64,000 bases of DNA from Octopus vulgaris. Taxonomy: Eukaryota. A model generated the notes under the pieces. It saw only the letters and a program-made list of their open reading frames with translations, was not told the origin of the DNA and searched no databases. The stretch is taken from contig OX597818.1 in assembly GCA_951406725.2 (NCBI GenBank), positions 93,496,001-93,560,000 of the forward strand, given 5' to 3'. The position numbers and the translations under genes were made by a program. Shown here in pieces: positions 61,640 to 64,000 of this stretch. Within the stretch, counting starts at the first letter, position 1. The number at the start of each line of letters is the position of its first letter.

Positions 61640-62701
61640 ATAAGCATCAGACAAGAATTAGAGCTTGGTATAATTGTCTGTTCTCTTCTAAAATATTTGG
61701 CTTTGTGTAGCCTTATCATTATTGTCATCATCATCACTATCATTTTAATATCCTCTTTTTGATTCTTGCATGGATTGAATGGAATTCATTGAAGCAGATT
61801 TTCTATGGTTGGATGCCCTTCTTGTCACCAACCCTCTCATGTTTCCAATAAAGGTAATATTTCCCCATAGCTGGACATGTTTTCAAAGAAGATTTGAAAA
61901 CATGAAAACAAGGGATGTTATTTGGTTGATGGTGATATTTGTTTACAGCTATCACATGAAGTCAAAACAAGAAGACACAAACACGTGCATGCACACAAAC
62001 ACACTCACATACATGCACGCACTCACACACACATAAACACTCTACAAACTTCTTTCAGTTTTCATCTGCCAGATTTGCTCACAAGGCTTTGATCAACCCA
62101 GGGCTATATTAGAAAACACTTACCCAAGGTACCACACAAAGGGTCTGAACTTGAAACCACATGATTGGGAAGTGAGCTTTTAACCACTGAGACATACCTT
62201 TGCTAAAAATTATTTTGAGCTGTAGAGAACTAGACAAAATACTTGGTAGTCTTTTGCTACAACCCTTTACATTCTGAGTTCAAATCCCTTCAAGATCAAC
62301 TTTGCCTGTCATCCTTCTGGAGTCAACAAAATGTATTATTATTCAAGTGCTGGGATCAGTTTCATTAATTGTATTCTTCTAATTTTGCTGCCTTGGACCT
62401 ATGTTGATTATTATTATTGCTATCTTTGTGACAACAGTGAAGAAAAATATTATTATTGTTAAGGGTGGTCGAATGTGGCAGACTGGCAGAATCATTAGAG
62501 CTCTAGAAAAAGTGCCCCGGTTGAAATTGTAAAAAGGTATATTAAGCCTTTAGGTTTTCAGATCAACTTCTACCAAATCCGACTTCACCTTTTCAGCTTC
62601 ATGAGTTCATAAATACTAGTAACATGCTGGTATAAACTGTCTCTGTCCCTCCTTAAAATATTCTTGTTATTGTTACTGTTATTTTTCTCTTTGCTCAAAA
62701 G

Positions 62702-62810
62702 GTTCTTAAAGGGTGGAATTGATTCTGGATTCCGAGTTGTCACAGAGAAGACCTATCAATCAAGGCTCCTACATTTCTGTGGTACAAAGAAAAATGTTGA
62801 AGTCAAAGAG
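62702..62810 (+). CDS. Gelsolin-like gene coding exon 7: (T)FLKGGIDSGFRVVTEKTYQSRLLHFCGTKKNVEVKE; gene continues beyond window
   Basis: Pyrimidine tract plus AAAG acceptor, GTTAGT donor, 109 nt, phase 2/0. GGxxSGF linker and RLLH start of G2. Confidence 0.94.
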
Positions 62811-62963
62811 GTTAGTAAATTGTTTTACACATTGCTATGTTGCTCTGTCTATGACCAATAGTTCAGCTTACTTAACTGTAAGTAGGTACCACTATGGTAT
62901 AATTGTTTTATAATAATAGCCAAAATAGTTAACTGTCAACATTTTTTTGCCTACATAGATGTA

Positions 62964-64000
62964 TTGGGTTATCCCATAAATAAAGCGGTTTTAATATACT
63001 TATATTTTTCAAAATGAAGATGAACAAAGTTCTTTTAATCTAAAATATACTCTCCTTTATTTTCTACAATGCTCTTCCATCTATCTACTGGACTTGCAAG
63101 GCTCCTCTTCCTAAATTCACCTATCTGTGATGAAAAATATTCCTCCAGTACTGTTCTGACCTCATCTAGAGTATTCATATTTTTTCCCATCCAAATGATT
63201 TTGAAGATTGCCGAATAAATAATAATCAGATGGGGCAATGTCTGGTGAATATGATGGGTGGGGCATTGTTTCCCATTCAAACTGCTCCAGCCTTTGAAAT
63301 GTCGTTCTTGCTGTATATGGCCGAGCAGTATCCTGATGGAAGATCACCTTTCTTCTGAAACTAAAGATGGTCGTTTTTCTTCTAGTGCCAACCGAAGTCA
63401 CTCAAGCTGCTCACAGTAGATCTCATTTGTTATCATTTGGTTTGGGTTTAAAAGTTCTAAGTGGACTAAACATGTTATATCCCACCAAACAGATAACAAC
63501 ACCTTATGTGGGTGAAGACCTTTAGCCTGGGGTGCCAGTGTTTCTCCTTTCCCTATCTATTGTGTGTGGCATTTAACATTTTTATCAAGGATCCATTTCT
63601 CTTCGCCAGTCACTATTAAGTCCAAAGAAGGTTCATTCATGAGATGTGACAGCAAAGAAGAGCACACATTCACTCTCTGCATGCAGTTAGACTCAGAAAG
63701 TTTGTGAGGAACCCATTGGCCCAATTTGCTGACTTTACCAATGGCACGCAGATGCTGATAAACGGCTGAATGATCAAATCTAAGATTCTCTGCTAGTTCC
63801 TCAGCAGTTATAATGAGATTTTGTTCCACCATGATTTGCAGGATGTCATTGTTGAGCTCTACAGATCATTCAGGATGAAGCTTGTCTTCTAGGCTTGGAA
63901 TTTCTGGAATTATCACTGACACTAGCTTATGGTTATTGTCCGATCCCCATATACTGCATTAATCTTCCTCTTAATTTCCGTTGCATTGTTGCCTTTATTG
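62964..64000 (-). mobile_element. Defective mariner (DD34D), same family as 17460-18130; runs off the window
   Basis: TA|TTGGGTTATCCCATAAATAA TIR. Motifs WVPHKL, IVTGEEKW, FHQDTARPYT and SPDIAPSDYYLF lie in broken frames. Confidence 0.92.

Overview
AT-rich, repeat-dense animal genomic DNA. The SINE, RTE and microsatellite landscape suggests an octopus or other coleoid cephalopod (inference, not proven). The only host gene found is the 5' part of a + strand gelsolin/severin-family actin-binding gene, reconstructed by hand from 7 coding exons with consistent GT-AG phases: 7995-8001, 44470-44550, 48973-49046, 51879-51953, 57643-57714, 61331-61458 and 62702-62810. It continues past the window. 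Spliced product: [182 protein letters not shown]. The introns, including a ~36.5 kb first coding intron, hold CR1 and RTE LINE fragments, Tc1 and mariner remnants, TTAA-flanked MITEs, LTR-like segments, tRNA-derived SINEs and long microsatellites. The best leads are: sense-strand hammerhead-ribozyme-like motifs (one with an intact core at 23647-23697), a dense YCAY minisatellite just before a frame-shifting exon, a five-fold in-frame NAG acceptor, and many inverted repeats able to form dsRNA in the pre-mRNA. No new multi-gene system is supported; the findings are RNA-level and repeat-dynamics hypotheses. Most listed ORFs are microsatellite artefacts.
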